Shown: positions 1 through 13,380 of the stretch, one piece after another
How the letters are laid out: each line of letters opens with the position of its first letter
Numbering within the stretch: the first letter of the stretch is position 1
DNA from: Eledone cirrhosa
Taxonomy: Eukaryota
Assembly (NCBI GenBank): GCA_964016885.1
Contig: OZ024741.1
Span: 121,768,001-121,832,000 of the forward strand
Length of the DNA stretch: 64,000 nt
Reading direction: 5' to 3'
Position numbers and translations under genes: made by a program
The notes under the pieces: model-generated
Database searches by the model: none
Told to the model about the DNA's origin: nothing
Seen by the model: only the letters and a program-made list of their open reading frames with translations

Positions 1-954
1 TACAAAATGTTTACACAAATCCAAAGGCAGCACTTATACATCGGAGAGTTGTTCCATAATACCGTAGGAAAGGGTTAGAGCTGCCTCCTTTTTGCCACTC
101 TGTTAAACTTTTTCCTGGAATGGATGATGAGCAAACAAGCAATATTAAATATATTTGAGAAGCAGGTCTAGTACAGCACTCGGGTTGACGCCATTTGTTG
201 ATCCTTGTCTGTCCTTAACGGAGAGCACTATGTTGCACCTCTGCAAAATCCCACAAAATCCCATGGTCTTTCTCATATCACATCATTTGTCTAACATAAA
301 TAAATAAAAACAAAAAAACAAAAAAAAACAAAAATGTTTTTTCCAACGATTAAGTCGGCGAATTGGTAGAATCGTTAGGACATCGGCAGAAATGTTCTGT
401 GTCATTTGTTCCAATTCTCTGACTTCTGCGTTCAAAAATCCCTGATGTCAACTTTGTTGTAGAGGAAAAGTTCGCAACGGGAGGCATATGCACCCCCGGG
501 GAGAGTTTCGGAACTCCAGGGGCATTTCGGAGCAAGGGTGCGTTAGGGGGGCGTTTGGAGCTGGGGGGGGGGGGGAGGCTGGAAGGCTCGTTACTTTGGT
601 AAGTTTTATAAGCCATATTTATATGTCTTTGAGACAGCCAGTGTGAATGCATTTGAATGAGCATGCAGACAGCATAACTATGGTCTGACCGCAACTGTGA
701 GCAGGTGTGCAGGCGTGTCTAGACATTAACCGGCAATTGAGATCCTAAAAATGGAAAAACCCACAGTCAACTGGGTCAAGGACACTTTGAGCGCAGCCAG
801 TTAGAATCTTATCTTTCCTTCACCGATAACAATGTATTTCATGTCTGAAATTATTGACTCAACCGTAATGAGTTAACACTATGTAGATCTATTTTATTCC
901 CTATTGTATACATAATATTACAAATAAAAAAAGAAAAGAAAAAAACACAGAAGT

Positions 955-1315
955 GGGTAGCACACATAGGACCACATACAACACATAAGCAGGTAATATA
1001 CACATCTAGGACCACATACAACACATAAGCATAGTACACACATCTAGGACCACATGCAACACATAAGGAGGTAGCACACACATCTAGGACCACATACAAC
1101 ACACAGGCAGGTAATACATACATCTAGGACTACATACAACACATAAGCAGGTAATACATACATTTAGGACCACATACAACACATAATCAAGTAATACATA
1201 CATCTAGGACCACATACAACACATAAGGATATAATACACACATCTAGGACTACATACATCACACAGGCAGGTAATACACACATCTAGGACCACATACAAC
1301 ACACAGGCAGGTATC
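955..1315. repeat. Minisatellite, about 38-40 bp unit (CATCTAGGACCACATACAACACATAAGCAGGTAATACACA-like), about 9 copies
   Basis: Direct tandem repeats visible inside the hAT element, just upstream of the transposase remnant. Confidence 0.9.
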
Positions 1316-1319
1316 ATAT

Positions 1320-2340
1320 GCTACGGACGACGCAAGAGCAATGGTCGGCCAACATAAGGGTTTCGTCAGTCTTCTGAAGAGACAAAATCTATCTGTATTT
1401 GCTGTTCATTGTGTCATTCATCGACAACACTTGGCTGCGAAGAAACTCAGCAAGCCGCTGAGCAAGTCCTTGCAGGTGGCCATTGACGTCATCAATTTTA
1501 TCAAATGGCATTCCCTCAATGAACGAATTTTCCGGCAACTGTGCCAAGATAATGACGAAGAATTCGTCAAATTGCTCCTTCATACTGAAGTGAGGTGGCT
1601 TTCAAAGGGCAAGTGCTTTACTCACTTCTTTGAACTCTTCGACTCTATCATTGAGTTTCTGCGAGGACGCAACAAAGAACTGTACAAGAAAACCCCTACC
1701 TCACCGACATCTTCGACAAATGTAATAGCGTCATTTTGGCTTTGTGGGGGAAGAGGATCACCTTTCTTAAAGCAAGGAATGCTGTGAAAACATTCCTGGC
1801 CAAATTGAATGTCATCGAAAAGAATCTTTGTTGACAGAAATTCTATAATTTTCCTAGTGTTGCAATGTTCAAAACATTGTAAGCGATGACCAACTCCAAA
1901 TTTATACCACTCACCTTCGTGCGCTACAAGACAACATGAGAGAACGGTTTGTCGACCTTTTGCCGATGGACATCCCAATGTGAATAGCAGATCCCTCAAT
2001 AGATACCGTCGATGATTTGGACGTTAAATTTCAGGAAGAATTCATTGAACTTCAAACAGATGACATGATCAAAATTAGATTTTCCAAAATCCTTTTTTGG
2101 ATGCAAGAGGAAATTCAGCGTCTATTTCCACACCTACATGCAGAGGCTAAGAGATTTGGTCTGCCTTTTCCAAGCTCATACTTAGTCGAGAGGGGGTTTG
2201 GCGCTGTTTCCAGACTGCACAGTAAGGCTCACAACCGCTACAATGTAATTACACGTGGAGATCTCTGGCTACATCTTATGAAAATCCAGCCTGGCGTCAA
2301 AGAGTTAGCTAGACTCCATGAAGCTCAAGGGTCCCATTGA
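1320..2340 (+). pseudogene. Frameshifted hAT transposase C-terminal half (ZBED8/SCAND3/GTF2IRD2-like family)
   Basis: Motifs HCVIHRQHL, LLLHTEVRWLSKG and LPFPSSYLVERGF (hAT dimerisation region) are spread over ORFs 1341-1787 and 2017-2340. Confidence 0.9.
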
Positions 2341-4296
2341 AATAAGGTCAAATTTAAAGTAAGTTGATTTATCCGAAAACTTGGATATGCTATTGTTACA
2401 AAGCAAACTAACAATTTTTTTATTTGTAGTTGCAGTCTGACTGGACTGGAAACCATCTACTTCAATTCACTTACTCATTTGTTGTATATATTTTAGCCTT
2501 TACTAATAAATATACCCTTTTACGTGGTCATGAAAACCCTCTTCCGTGGTCTCTAAGCTCACAAAGCGGAGGGGACATCAAGTTAGATATCAACATTTAT
2601 TCTGTCCGTTTCATTAAAGGGAACATTGGAAAGTTTTGAAATGATATAATTGCCACTTTCTTCCAGATAAGAGCACACTTGGGATAGACAGAGTTGCTCT
2701 TGTATAAATGTTCAAAATAGCTGCTATCGCCTGGTGGAAATATAAAAAATTCAACTGGTCCTTATTCATAAAAAAGAACATTTATGTTCCTTTTTTTGAA
2801 ATTTATATATTTCCTTTCAAGGAATGTATTTATACTCTCAGCTGCCTGCAATGGTATATTTGGAATATCGTTAATCAATTTTTTAGTAATCTACTGATAT
2901 CAAAATCAGTAGCATATTGAAAAATGGAAAAATAGGGTAGGGGGCGTTTCGTGATTTCGAGGGACAAAAGGGGGCGTTTGGCCTAAATGGGTTGAGAACC
3001 TGTGTTGTAGAGCATTGCCGCAAGCTTGTAAAGGCGAACTGTTGACAAACAGGACTTTACTGTAGACCGATTATTGAGCTGGTTGGTAGTGGAAGGACTT
3101 CAGGTCAGGTGGCTAACAATGCCTGAAAGTTAGGGACAGACCATTTCTCCTTAAACTTTGTAAATGTTTGTCATACAATAAACAACAGTTCAACAAAACA
3201 CCGTTTGTTGTTATTTTAAGTATAGCTTAACTAAAGCTATATTATTTTTCATGTTTTCGGGGTTGATAAATATAAAACCTGCTTAGTGGTGGTGGATTAG
3301 TGGAATTATTAAAAACGTCGGAGGAATGTCTTGCAGTGTTTGTTCTGGCTTAGTGCAGTTATAACTTCAAATCCTGCTTTCCTGAAAAAAAGCAGTGAAT
3401 CGTCTGTTAATATTTGTGACAGGCCGATAGTATCAGTAATGGAAAGACAAATGGAAACATACATTCTTTGATCGAATTTGGAAAATCTGTTTCTTTTCCT
3501 TTTTTTCTACGATTTCAGTAGTGAGTCGGTTATTTTACTAAAAGTAAAAATTGGTCTTGTATTTTTAAGATTATACCTGACCCCCCCCCCCCTACCGCTA
3601 GTAAGCACTAAACTACTATACTCAGTCCTTTCTGTTTATGACATCAGTCCTATGGGACTACCTCCATGTTTATGTATTTCCTAAAGGATTGGACTAACCA
3701 CAATTTAAACAGAAGATCAACAGCATCGATCTATTCAATATTGAAAGGCATGTGAAGGTAATGGGCACTGCCTCATCCTCAAGGCATACCGAATAAAAAT
3801 GAGAAAAACACAGAGCAGTTAAGAATATTTTTGGACAGGATGTATAACATTTCAAAATAATTCACCTCGCAAAACTGGAACATCCCACAGAAACACCTCT
3901 TCTTTATAACAAATTCATCAGAGTGTAGCTTCTCTTAAAGTAGCATGATATAATTCCATACATGTTATCCATGGGTCTTAACTTTTTATGGAATCGAAGT
4001 GGCGCTATCAGGGGCATTTAATTCTAGTTGAGCCCCTCCAACTCTAGATCTTAGCACACCTGATAACTTTCAGAAAAGAAGACAAAGAGGGAAAGTAAGA
4101 AGGTATCAAGAAACAAATGACTGGAACTTTATCAATCTGGAAAGGATGAATGAAAGGTTAATTTGACCTCGGTGGAATTTGACACGGAGATTTATATAAT
4201 TCGTTCGTATGTAATATGATGATAGAGTGAGGCTTAGTGGTCGTTAGTTCGATTCCTGGCAGCACATTGTATCATTTCACGTAGCCCCAGTCCATT

Positions 4297-6312
4297 ACTT
4301 GTACTTGTACGTGTGTCGACATTCCCCCTGGACGGGTTGAGCCGGCTTCTTCCTTTGTCCTGATGGCATCCCGAACCATGACAGCCCACGCACGACGGTC
4401 CCGGGCTAGGTCACTGGAGATAGCGAGCCAGTCACGGTTCCATCGGCGCAGGTCGACCACCTGAGAGTTCGGAGAGGTCCTCCTTGATTGTCGTTGCCCA
4501 GGTGATCAGCTACCCGCCAACGCGCTTGCGCCAGTTAGAGAGTGGAGATGGGAGGAGAACATGGCGGATCAGCTCACCCTCAGGGCGCCGGGCTGCGCGA
4601 CCAAACCGTCTCAAGCGCCGTTGCAGAAGCACTGAAGGTAGGGGTCGAAGATTCAGACGAAGACGAAGACTGGTGATAGGTACCCGATCAACGCGTCGGC
4701 AGCAAAGAATGCGGCGGAGACAGTCATTGTCGAAGATCTCCAGCCCTCGTTGATCGACTACCCTCATAGGCCATGTTTCACAGCCATAGAGGAGGATAGT
4801 GCGAACGACGGCCTGGTAGATTCGCCCTTTAGTCGCCGAGGTGATCTCTCTTCTGTCCCACAGACACCGCTGGAGGCGCCCAAAAGCGGATCTGGCAGCA
4901 CCTATGCGACGCTTAACCTCGGCTGCGCCCTGTTCCGTTGGAACCACTGTTGAGCCCAGGTAAACGAAGGACTCCACATCCTCCAGGTCCACGCCCTCGA
5001 GAGATATTGGCTGCCAGGCAGCAGGCGAGACCTGTGACGTCATGACATTCGACTTGGCGGCATTGATTCGTAAACCAACAGCAGCGGCTGCAGTGTACAC
5101 CCTTTCGAGAGCACCTTGTACATCTGTCCCGTTAGCGCCCATCAGGACGATGTCATCAGCGTAGGCCAGGTCCGTCACCACGACCCCTCTCCCGACCTCT
5201 ACGCCCGGGTAATCCCGGAGCGCTGTGTTGAGAGTGTAGTCAATGGCGTAGTTAAAGAGAGTTGGCGATAGCGCACACTCCTGCCGAACACCGGTCCCAA
5301 CATCGAACGACTCCGTCTCCCCACCATAGACCCTCACTCGAGTCCGAGTCGACCGATAGTAGCCTTGTATGAGACAAAGCAGCTTCACTGGGATGCCATC
5401 CGCCTGCATTATACACCATGGGGCTTCACGATCTACTGAGTCAAAGGCAGCTGCAAAGTCGATGAAGCAGAGGACGGTAGGCTGTTGATGTGCCCACCGT
5501 TGTTACAGGACACACCGGAGAATGAAGATTTGATCAACGCATCCCTCCCCGGACGGAAGCCGCCATAAGAAGGACGGGTACGGATATCACGGATGGCCTG
5601 GAACCTCTTCAGCAGAAGAATTGCGAAGGTCTTGGCAGCAACGTCAATTAAACTGATACCCCTGTAGTTAGAACACAGTTTCCTGTCGCCATTTTTGAAG
5701 AAAGGTAGGAGAGTTGCCTCGCTCCAGTCACCAGGGAACCGTTCCGTTGCCCAAACCGAGGAGAAGACTCGATGGATCCAAGCTGCGAAGACATCAGGCT
5801 CGGCCTTGTAGACCTCAGCTGGAACGCCATCCTCGCCCGGCGCCTTGTTGTTCCGGAGATGTGTCAGGACACCACGTACCTCCCGACCGTTGGAGGGGCA
5901 GTGCTGCACCCGTATTCTTCTCCGGAAGGCTGCACGTAGGTTGGCGTGGATGGTGGCGGGTGGTTGAGCAGCTCGGAGAAATGGTCCCGCCATCGGACTA
6001 GCCGGTAATTAAGATTGGTAATGACCGCCCCGTTCCGATCACGGATCATCTCGCTGATATCCGTACTACTTCGGCTGGCCCGCTTCACCAGTTGGTAGAG
6101 CTTGCGCGAGTCACCACAGACTGCTGCCCTCTCCGTCTGCTCCGCAAACTCGCGCAAACTCACGCCAGTGTGCATTCCGATCGGCCCGAATAGCCCGAGA
6201 TGTGCGACGTCGGAGATCTCAAAGATTGGGTGCACCCTCGAGTCGGTCCACTCTCGCCCTCTCTGCGAGTTCAAGAGTGCCGCCGGAGATAGTCTCGATG
6301 GTGTCTTCAGCT
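4297..6312 (-). mobile_element. 5'-truncated RTE-clade non-LTR retrotransposon with frameshifts, nested in a SINE
   Basis: RT motifs NYRGISL, GVRQECALSPTLFN, LAYADD, YLGS and LLYGCETW in minus-strand ORFs. (CAAGTA)n-like 3' tail at 4297-4310. The flanks (about 4225-4296 and from 6308 onward) join up as a SINE body. Confidence 0.92.
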
Positions 6313-7271
6313 AGAAAGAAAGTGTTTTACCTGTAATTCAGTAATCCACTATTGTACACTGTGAAGCTGAATTTTCAAGGGAAAACTATATTAAGGGTAC
6401 ACGTACCTATGTAATGTTCAGCCCCTTGCACGTTAATGTTATGCATAGGCTGTTCCATTTCTCGAACACTTGGAACACTTATTAGATTCGACTCAAGTCC
6501 AACAGCATAGACTTATTTATAATTGCATTTGGTTTATTGATGTTATACATGTTATTACTGCCATATGACTATGTAGGCAATAGTGTCAAGATGGCAACGG
6601 AATTTGATCATGCAAATGGCGGGAACACATTATGCAAAGTATCTCATCCGATGAATTAACAACTTTGGCAATCCACTATCTCTGGATTGGCATCTTATTT
6701 ATCAAACTCGAAAGGATGGAATTAAAGTTGACACCAGCACGATTCGAACACAGATGACTGAGAATTGGAAAATATACCACCACATATTTAATCCGACGCT
6801 CTAATAACACTGTCAATTTGCCGAAACACACGCAATGACAAAATATATATTAAAAAAAAATAACATAAGAAAGTATTGTAGATTTCCTGAAACATTGTGT
6901 AAAGTGTAAAAAATAGTGTGGTTTATTAGAAGACGACAGCAATGCAACTGGGACATTAAATGTTAAAATTAATGATAATAACGGTGCTGGAATGTTACAT
7001 CGTGGCTGAGAAAAGTAATTCGGAGTAGGATATCTTGTATCGTTTTTATGCTACCATTTTTTAATGTATAATGTATTTGAATTGCGGACCCATACAATAG
7101 ATGCATGCCCTTAGTTCATCACATCGTTTATTTACCTTCTTTGTAGCAGTTTGAACTGGGAAATTAAATTAAAATGCACCCAAGATTTATGACTATTTAT
7201 TTCATGATTGATGTATTTTTTTATAAGTTTCCAACAAACGTTCATAATATATGTTATTGTGTGTATACCAG

Positions 7272-10164
7272 TTCGTTTCAGAAACTTTCATCTGTTTTCT
7301 ACGAAGATAATTGTCGATCTTATCGAAATGCGCTTAGAAAAGCCATTGATAATCCACCTTATATACCATGGATTTCCCATTTTTTAAGCCATACAAGAAT
7401 TCCAACATGGAGGGCTTATATACATGGCTGGAAAATTCCCCGAATCCGAGATCTCCTTAATGAGAAATGTATATCACTTGAAGGAAAAAGTATAAGTAGA
7501 AATTTCGATGAGAGGAGCCTACGATCTCCAAGAGAATCAACTACTATACTTCGCAATGAAAATGTCCAGCAAACTAGTGTTAAATGTGATACGTGTGTAG
7601 GGAACATACAAGATAGAATGCAACATTTTATATCAAAAACAAAAGTGATTCTCTCAGCAAATAAAGTCATTGAAGGTGACAGAGAAGCTAGCTATGCTTC
7701 TAACCAACACTATATATCACAAGCAGAATTGAGCCTGTCTGCTAATAAAACTGGCGAAGATGGCCCCAACACTACATATGGTTCTAAACTAAACTATATA
7801 TCACAAAAAGATTTTGTTCCGTCTGCAAATAGACCCATTGGAGATTATCATGATTCTGGTCAAGGTACACAACAGTACATGACACAAGCAGAATTGACCA
7901 TGTCTGGAAATAAATATAGTGATGATGAAGACCCTAACCAAGGTCTTAGATCACAATATGTATCACGAAAAGCGTTGAGCATGCCAACAAATAAACTCCC
8001 AGAAGATAACAAAGACATCTCTAACCAAAGCCCAGAACCAAACACATCACGAGTTGAATGGAACCCGTTTTCAAATGGACCCAATGAAGATGACAGATAT
8101 TCCAATCGATTTTCTAAACCATATTATATATCACGAAGAGATTTGAATATGTATGCAAATAAAGTCAGATCGGAGGATAATGTCTCTCTCCATGGTTATG
8201 AACAACACTACGATGTTCAAGCAGAGGCTTATGCGAATGCAAGTATTCAAGGTGAAGGTTTCCACAACACTAGCCATAATTCTAACTCACACTGCACATC
8301 AAAAGAACAGTTGACCCTGCTTGCAAATAAACACAGTGAAGACGACCACAACTTTAACAATTGGCGTGGAAATAACAATATTATTAAAAATGACCAAGTA
8401 GCTACGCATAATTTTCTTGGAAGTTTGGGGAATATATCAGATACAAAGCAAGAGATCATATCGCGTAAAAAAAATTCGCGGCTGCCGGCAGAAAAGACTA
8501 GTAAATCTAGCCGCGGTACAGAAGAGCATAGATTGCCTAGGATTGCTAGTAAAGGCACACGGACTACAATGTTACGTGAAGCCAAGTTAAAGCAATTATT
8601 GAGTCAAGCAAAATCTAACCAGATTTTAGATTTAAAACAAACACGACGTACTTCAAAGAATATTAGGAAATCTTCAAAAGGTGGCGCTAAGGGAGAGAGT
8701 AGCATCGAGTCAACGACATTAAGTAAGTGTTCTAAAAGAGAAAATATGATAAACGAATCGAATGGAACAAGTTATAATGAACAAACAAGTAAAGAAAAAC
8801 AACATAACGTAGACAATAGTCATTTTCTAACAGTGACTAAGAATGAAAGCCTCCAAGAGAGAAATATAACTGGCGGAAAGTCGTTTATTCCAGGATTAAA
8901 CTCGGAGAACGGTGAAATTAGTGAGGGCAGCGAGGTTCTTGACCTCCTTCAAGACTGTATTAAAGACAAAGGTGTGAGTCAAATATACGAGAAGATTCTG
9001 GAATCTAGTTCCATTGAATCAATTGTTTTAAATGAGAAATGTAATAACGAATTAAGTTCCACAAAACGATCCAAGGTTCTTTACCAGCAGCCTTTTAGAA
9101 ATAATTATAGAGTAAAGAATAAACATGAATCAGAGTACTTACAAGAAACCTCATTTTCTTCATCTCCAGAGAAAACAATTGTAAACTCTTCAGACTTTTC
9201 GGGAGAAGAATTATCTTTACAAAATACTTTTGAAGAGACTGGTACTTTTCGACAAACTTCTGGAAAAGACAGTCTTTTAAACGATTCTGTTTTTGAAGAG
9301 ACTGGTGCTTTACAACCATTTCCTAAAACTTTCCGAAACGTTCCCGGTGAAGATGGTGTTCTGCAAACAAATTCTAGTGAAGACAATCCCGTTTTTCAAA
9401 TTTCTGAAGGATTCTGTGCTGTTGATCAATTTCGTGAAGTATTCAGTGCTTTCGATACGATTTGCAAAGAAACTCTTGCCTTGGAGAAAATTCAACAAGA
9501 AACAGATGCGTTCAAAAATATTCTTAACAAAACTGATGCTCTCAATAAAATCCAAGATGAAACCGGTGATTCAGAAGTCTCTCCTTTCGAAATTCTTTTC
9601 GAAGTAAACACTTTCGAGAAAATTCGTAAAGTGTCTGGTGTTATCAAAGCAATTCTTGAAACAGAAACTGCTATCAGCAACATCTCAAATATACAAGTGA
9701 AGGCGGGAGGCAGAGAACCAGATGGAAGAATTAATGATAAAGAAGCAAATATAATCCAGGAAGTTACTTTAAAGCCGACTCTCTCAAAGGCAAGTATTTT
9801 GAGTGAGAGCAGTAATAGAAAATCATTAAATTACAAATCTACTAAATCTATCAAAGATGATAATGTGGAAGAAATCGAAGAACAATGTTTAAAACTCCAT
9901 CTTTCTAATACAAATATTTTAAATAATTGTGTGGATACAGTATTAAATCGATCGAGTAATGCAATAACCACCAACGAAATGTCTTATGGAGTACCTAAAA
10001 GATTATTTCAAAATTATCATAATTCTGTTCCCTACAACTCAAAACCAACCACGAGGATGGTTTCGAAGAATCGTATTCAAGATACAAATTTCAATAAACG
10101 TGAAAGGAAAATCAGAAAAAATAGTGAAAATAAGAGTGTATTACATATGAAAAATCACCTTTCG
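7272..10164 (+). CDS. Large internal exon of a divergent RasGEF (CDC25-domain) gene: C-terminal part of the GEF domain followed by a long repetitive, low-complexity region
   Basis: Inside the 1025-aa ORF 7174-10251. Acceptor ataccAG at 7270-7271 and donor TCG|GTAATT at 10164/10165. SFQKLSSVFYEDNCRSYRNAL...PPYIPWISHFL resembles the CDC25 F..L..lfs...N...YR..l....pP.IP(F/Y)lg.yL motif. Confidence 0.8.
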
Positions 10165-10525
10165 GTAATTATGATATCTATCTATCTATCTATCTATGAA
10201 TCTTTATTAATTTTATTAACCTTTGCACTATATACCCTTAACATTACCTGATTTCCAATGCTATGATATCTTTTATCTATCTTATCTTACATCTTTTTTT
10301 TATTGTATCTTTTGCACATGTATTACCTTAAACAATATCTTTTTATACATAATATGCTTAATCTTTCACTTTTCACCATTGCTCCTTATAATGTGTTTTC
10401 TGTAGCATAACATCCTTTTGTAACTCCTGATTTTCTATATGATGTCACTGACACTGACAATAGTTATGTATCTATCTAAATGTTCTGAAGACTAGGATTT
10501 TAATTACCTGTTTAAACATTCTCTA

Positions 10526-10572
10526 TGCTCCGATGATTCCAGACATCCGTCTGGAAGAAACAATTGTCAGCA
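10526..10572 (+). ncRNA. Minimal type I hammerhead ribozyme (U4C core variant)
   Basis: TGCT-CCGATGA-TTCCAGAC(atcc)GTCTGGAA-GAAA-CAATTG-TC-AGCA: 4-bp stem I, 8-bp stem II, palindromic stem III, GUC site. Confidence 0.75.
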
Positions 10573-10615
10573 ATTAAATGTATTAAACTAAGATTTCATT
10601 GTTTTAATATATTAA

Positions 10616-10696
<81 letters not shown>

Positions 10697-10842
10697 CATT
10701 TACGTTTAGTGGTTCACCAGTGGATAGACCTGGTCATTCCGTATAGCCAACCATGATATAATATTAGGAAAAGCACTCGACGTTATGAAACTCGTCCATC
10801 TTTGATATTGAATCTTGTTGGTGGTGCGAGAACGGAGTTAAT

Positions 10843-11250
10843 TATTATTGTATAAAATGACAGGAGGCTGGACTGGTGAAATTCCTTCAAAGATTTATTA
10901 TAGCAAACACATTTCAGTGGCCAAGTTCCGTAAGATCCTGGTCACATCATCAGGTGTTATTTGCATAATAGTTATATAATAAAGGAATAACGGTAAACAC
11001 AACCCAAGAGGCTATAAGGGTATAAAAAAACAGAGAAAAATGTTTTTGACTCGAAGGCGACCAAGAGGGCCAGTAGTTATCAGTTTGGTTGACCACTATT
11101 CCTTTATTATATAACTATTATGCAATAAACACCTGATAATGTCCTCAGGATCTTACGAAAACTGGCCACTGAAATGTGTATAATGTTTGCTATAATAAAT
11201 CTTTGAAGGAATTTCACCAGTCCGGCCTCCTGTTATTTTACTCAATAATA
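10843..11250. mobile_element. Inverted pair of Penelope-like pLTR fragments, each with a decayed hammerhead
   Basis: Arms at about 10843-10987 and 11097-11250 are reverse complements. The minus arm reads CTGATGA-T-GTGACCAG...TTGGCCAC-T-GAAA-TGTGT. Confidence 0.7.
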
Positions 11251-11259
11251 TATATATAT

Positions 11260-11645
11260 ATGAATGTATGTATAGTATATTTGGCAATATACCGTATGTT
11301 TAATTAAAAACATTTTGAAGACCTTGCGCTATTATTTTAAAGTACTGACTGTCACTTACTTCTTTTTTCGGCAAAGGAAGGGAAAGAAGCTGACAGATTC
11401 TGTTTCACACTGTTGGTGTTCCTCAGAACAACGTACTCCCCGTCTCTGCCGAAAATTATAGAGGCTGGAATCTTATAGAATTCCAGTAATAATCAGGAAT
11501 TGATTATACAGAGCGATTGCCGGTCAAACAAAAATTAAAAATTAGGATTGGTGCTCTGAAATAGCGATGTATACATGAATGTATGTATAGTATATTTGGC
11601 AATATACCGTATGTTTAATTAAAAACATTTTGAAGACCTTGCGCA
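11260..11645 (-). mobile_element. Partial tandem of a non-coding unit of about 316 nt (retrozyme/pLTR-like)
   Basis: 11260-11330 is repeated at about 11576-11645. The same family occurs at 23578-24438. Contains the hammerhead at 11389-11429. Confidence 0.7.
11389..11429 (-). ncRNA. Type I hammerhead ribozyme
   Basis: Minus strand: GTT-CTGAGGA-ACAC(caaca)GTGT-GAAA-CAGA(a)TCTG-TC-AGC. GUC site, short stem I. Confidence 0.7.
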
Positions 11646-11928
11646 ATATTTCGGATGTACAACAGTACGTCCTCATCAGACAAAATATAATGATACATGA
11701 CATACCCTGAGATGTTAAATGGTTAAGATTTAATCAAGGTAGTGATTAACCTAAGAGAAAATCTAACATGTATACCCTAATAATGAGAAAATGCGAAAAC
11801 GTAATAAATTCAATAGAGAATGTGTGAGTAAGAAAAACGTTGCTTAATGTACCAGTTATAGAGATTTTAATATGTATGATACTACAATTTATCTAGGAAA
11901 GCATTTCATGAATTATAACAGTCATCCA

Positions 11929-12070
<142 letters not shown>

Positions 12071-12119
12071 AGTCGTTATAAGTTATTCATTTAGTTAATT
12101 CCTATATTTATTATTGCAG

Positions 12120-12216
12120 AAGCCTATCCAGAACACACATTTTAGAAGTTCTTCCACCAGTCGCAATGGAAGAAGTCTCATTGATAGAGGTAGTGGAAGT
12201 TTATATCGAGACAAAG
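12120..12216 (+). CDS. Internal exon of the same gene (KPIQNTHFRSSSTSRNGRSLIDRGSGSLYRDK)
   Basis: ttattgcAG acceptor and AAAG|GTTAAC donor. Phase 0 in and phase 1 out, compatible with both neighbouring exons. Confidence 0.7.
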
Positions 12217-13318
12217 GTTAACTAATTTTCCATTGTTTTTGTACAAAATATATGCAAGGTATTATCTAGGCACAACTTGTATTGTATATCTATACATGCG
12301 CGTGGGATTGATGGTTAGGATGTCCAGCTCTAGCCATGGCTAAATGGAAACTGTTAGGAAGCATGTCGGATGAACTGTAGATGTAATTCAAAGAGCCAGC
12401 ATTGTCACATAGCTTCATGCTGAATTTCTCTGAGAACTACGCAAAACGTATATGTTTGCAGAATGTTCAATCACTTTCATGTTAATTGGATCGCATTTTG
12501 TTCTTGAGCAAGGCAACTTATTTCATATTAATTTAGTCCACCTAGCTGACAAAATCTGACCAGCGTTGTCACATACTGTGCCACGTTGAATCTTTCAGAG
12601 GTACATCTATATGTGCAGTTCTTAGTTACTTGCACGCTAATTTCAAGAGTAGGGTGTTACGATGATTGTATCATCGGGAACACTTACTGTTGGAATCGGC
12701 GGAGGTGCAACACACACAGACACGCACACACACGCGCACACCCGCAGACACACGCACACACATACACGCACACACACACATACACGCACACACACACACA
12801 CACACATACACATATACATATACCTACGCACGCGCACACATACACACACATACACAAATAACCTCACTCAGACACACAAGCATCCACATTCACACAAACA
12901 CATAAACACACGCACATCCAGGAAAATATTTAGAGCACATTCGCTTTACGTCGTAAGTAGGTGCTCGATTGGCAGAGTCGTTGGGACATTGTATAAAATG
13001 CATTTCAGTATTCGGTCCGGTATTCAGTCTGGCTGGGGTCGATTCTTCCTCTATATCTGTTTTTCACTTTTATTCTATCACTCTCCTTCTCTGGAAGAAA
13101 TCGGTTCGATGGATATGGATGAGCTCTGGCATGTTTAAAATAACCAAGAAATGACGTATGTCACGACGGCGCCACTACAACTCCGCAAGGGGTTACGAGC
13201 GCACGCATGCACTAACGTCATAAACAACGCGAGCTAAGTATCACCACTGGCAATTCTCTCAGTTCTTTGATGATATTTACTTTATAACACAAGGTTATCT
13301 GATTGTTTAATAAATTTA

Positions 13319-13363
<45 letters not shown>

Positions 13364-13380
13364 TATATATATAGATATAT

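Larger units (their letters stand above)
465..3004 (+). mobile_element. Decayed hAT (Charlie-like) DNA transposon
   Basis: 8-bp target-site duplication TTGTAGAG at 457-464 and 3005-3012. Imperfect TIRs: GAAAAGTTCGCAAC versus the reverse complement of GTTGAGAACCTGTG. Internal transposase remnants. Confidence 0.85.

Noticed and set aside
60-130. RT gene fragment
   Set aside because: Weak resemblance to the RTE GVRQGC.LSP.LFN motif, but too degraded to delimit.
955-1315. CRISPR-like regularly spaced repeats
   Set aside because: The intervening sequences are near-identical rather than unique spacers, the context is eukaryotic and there are no cas genes; it is a minisatellite.
7174-7271. N-terminal 33 codons (and C-terminal 10165-10251) of the 1025-aa ORF as a single-exon gene
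   Set aside because: Splice signals and the start of RasGEF-like similarity indicate an internal exon at 7272-10164; the extensions are intronic read-through.
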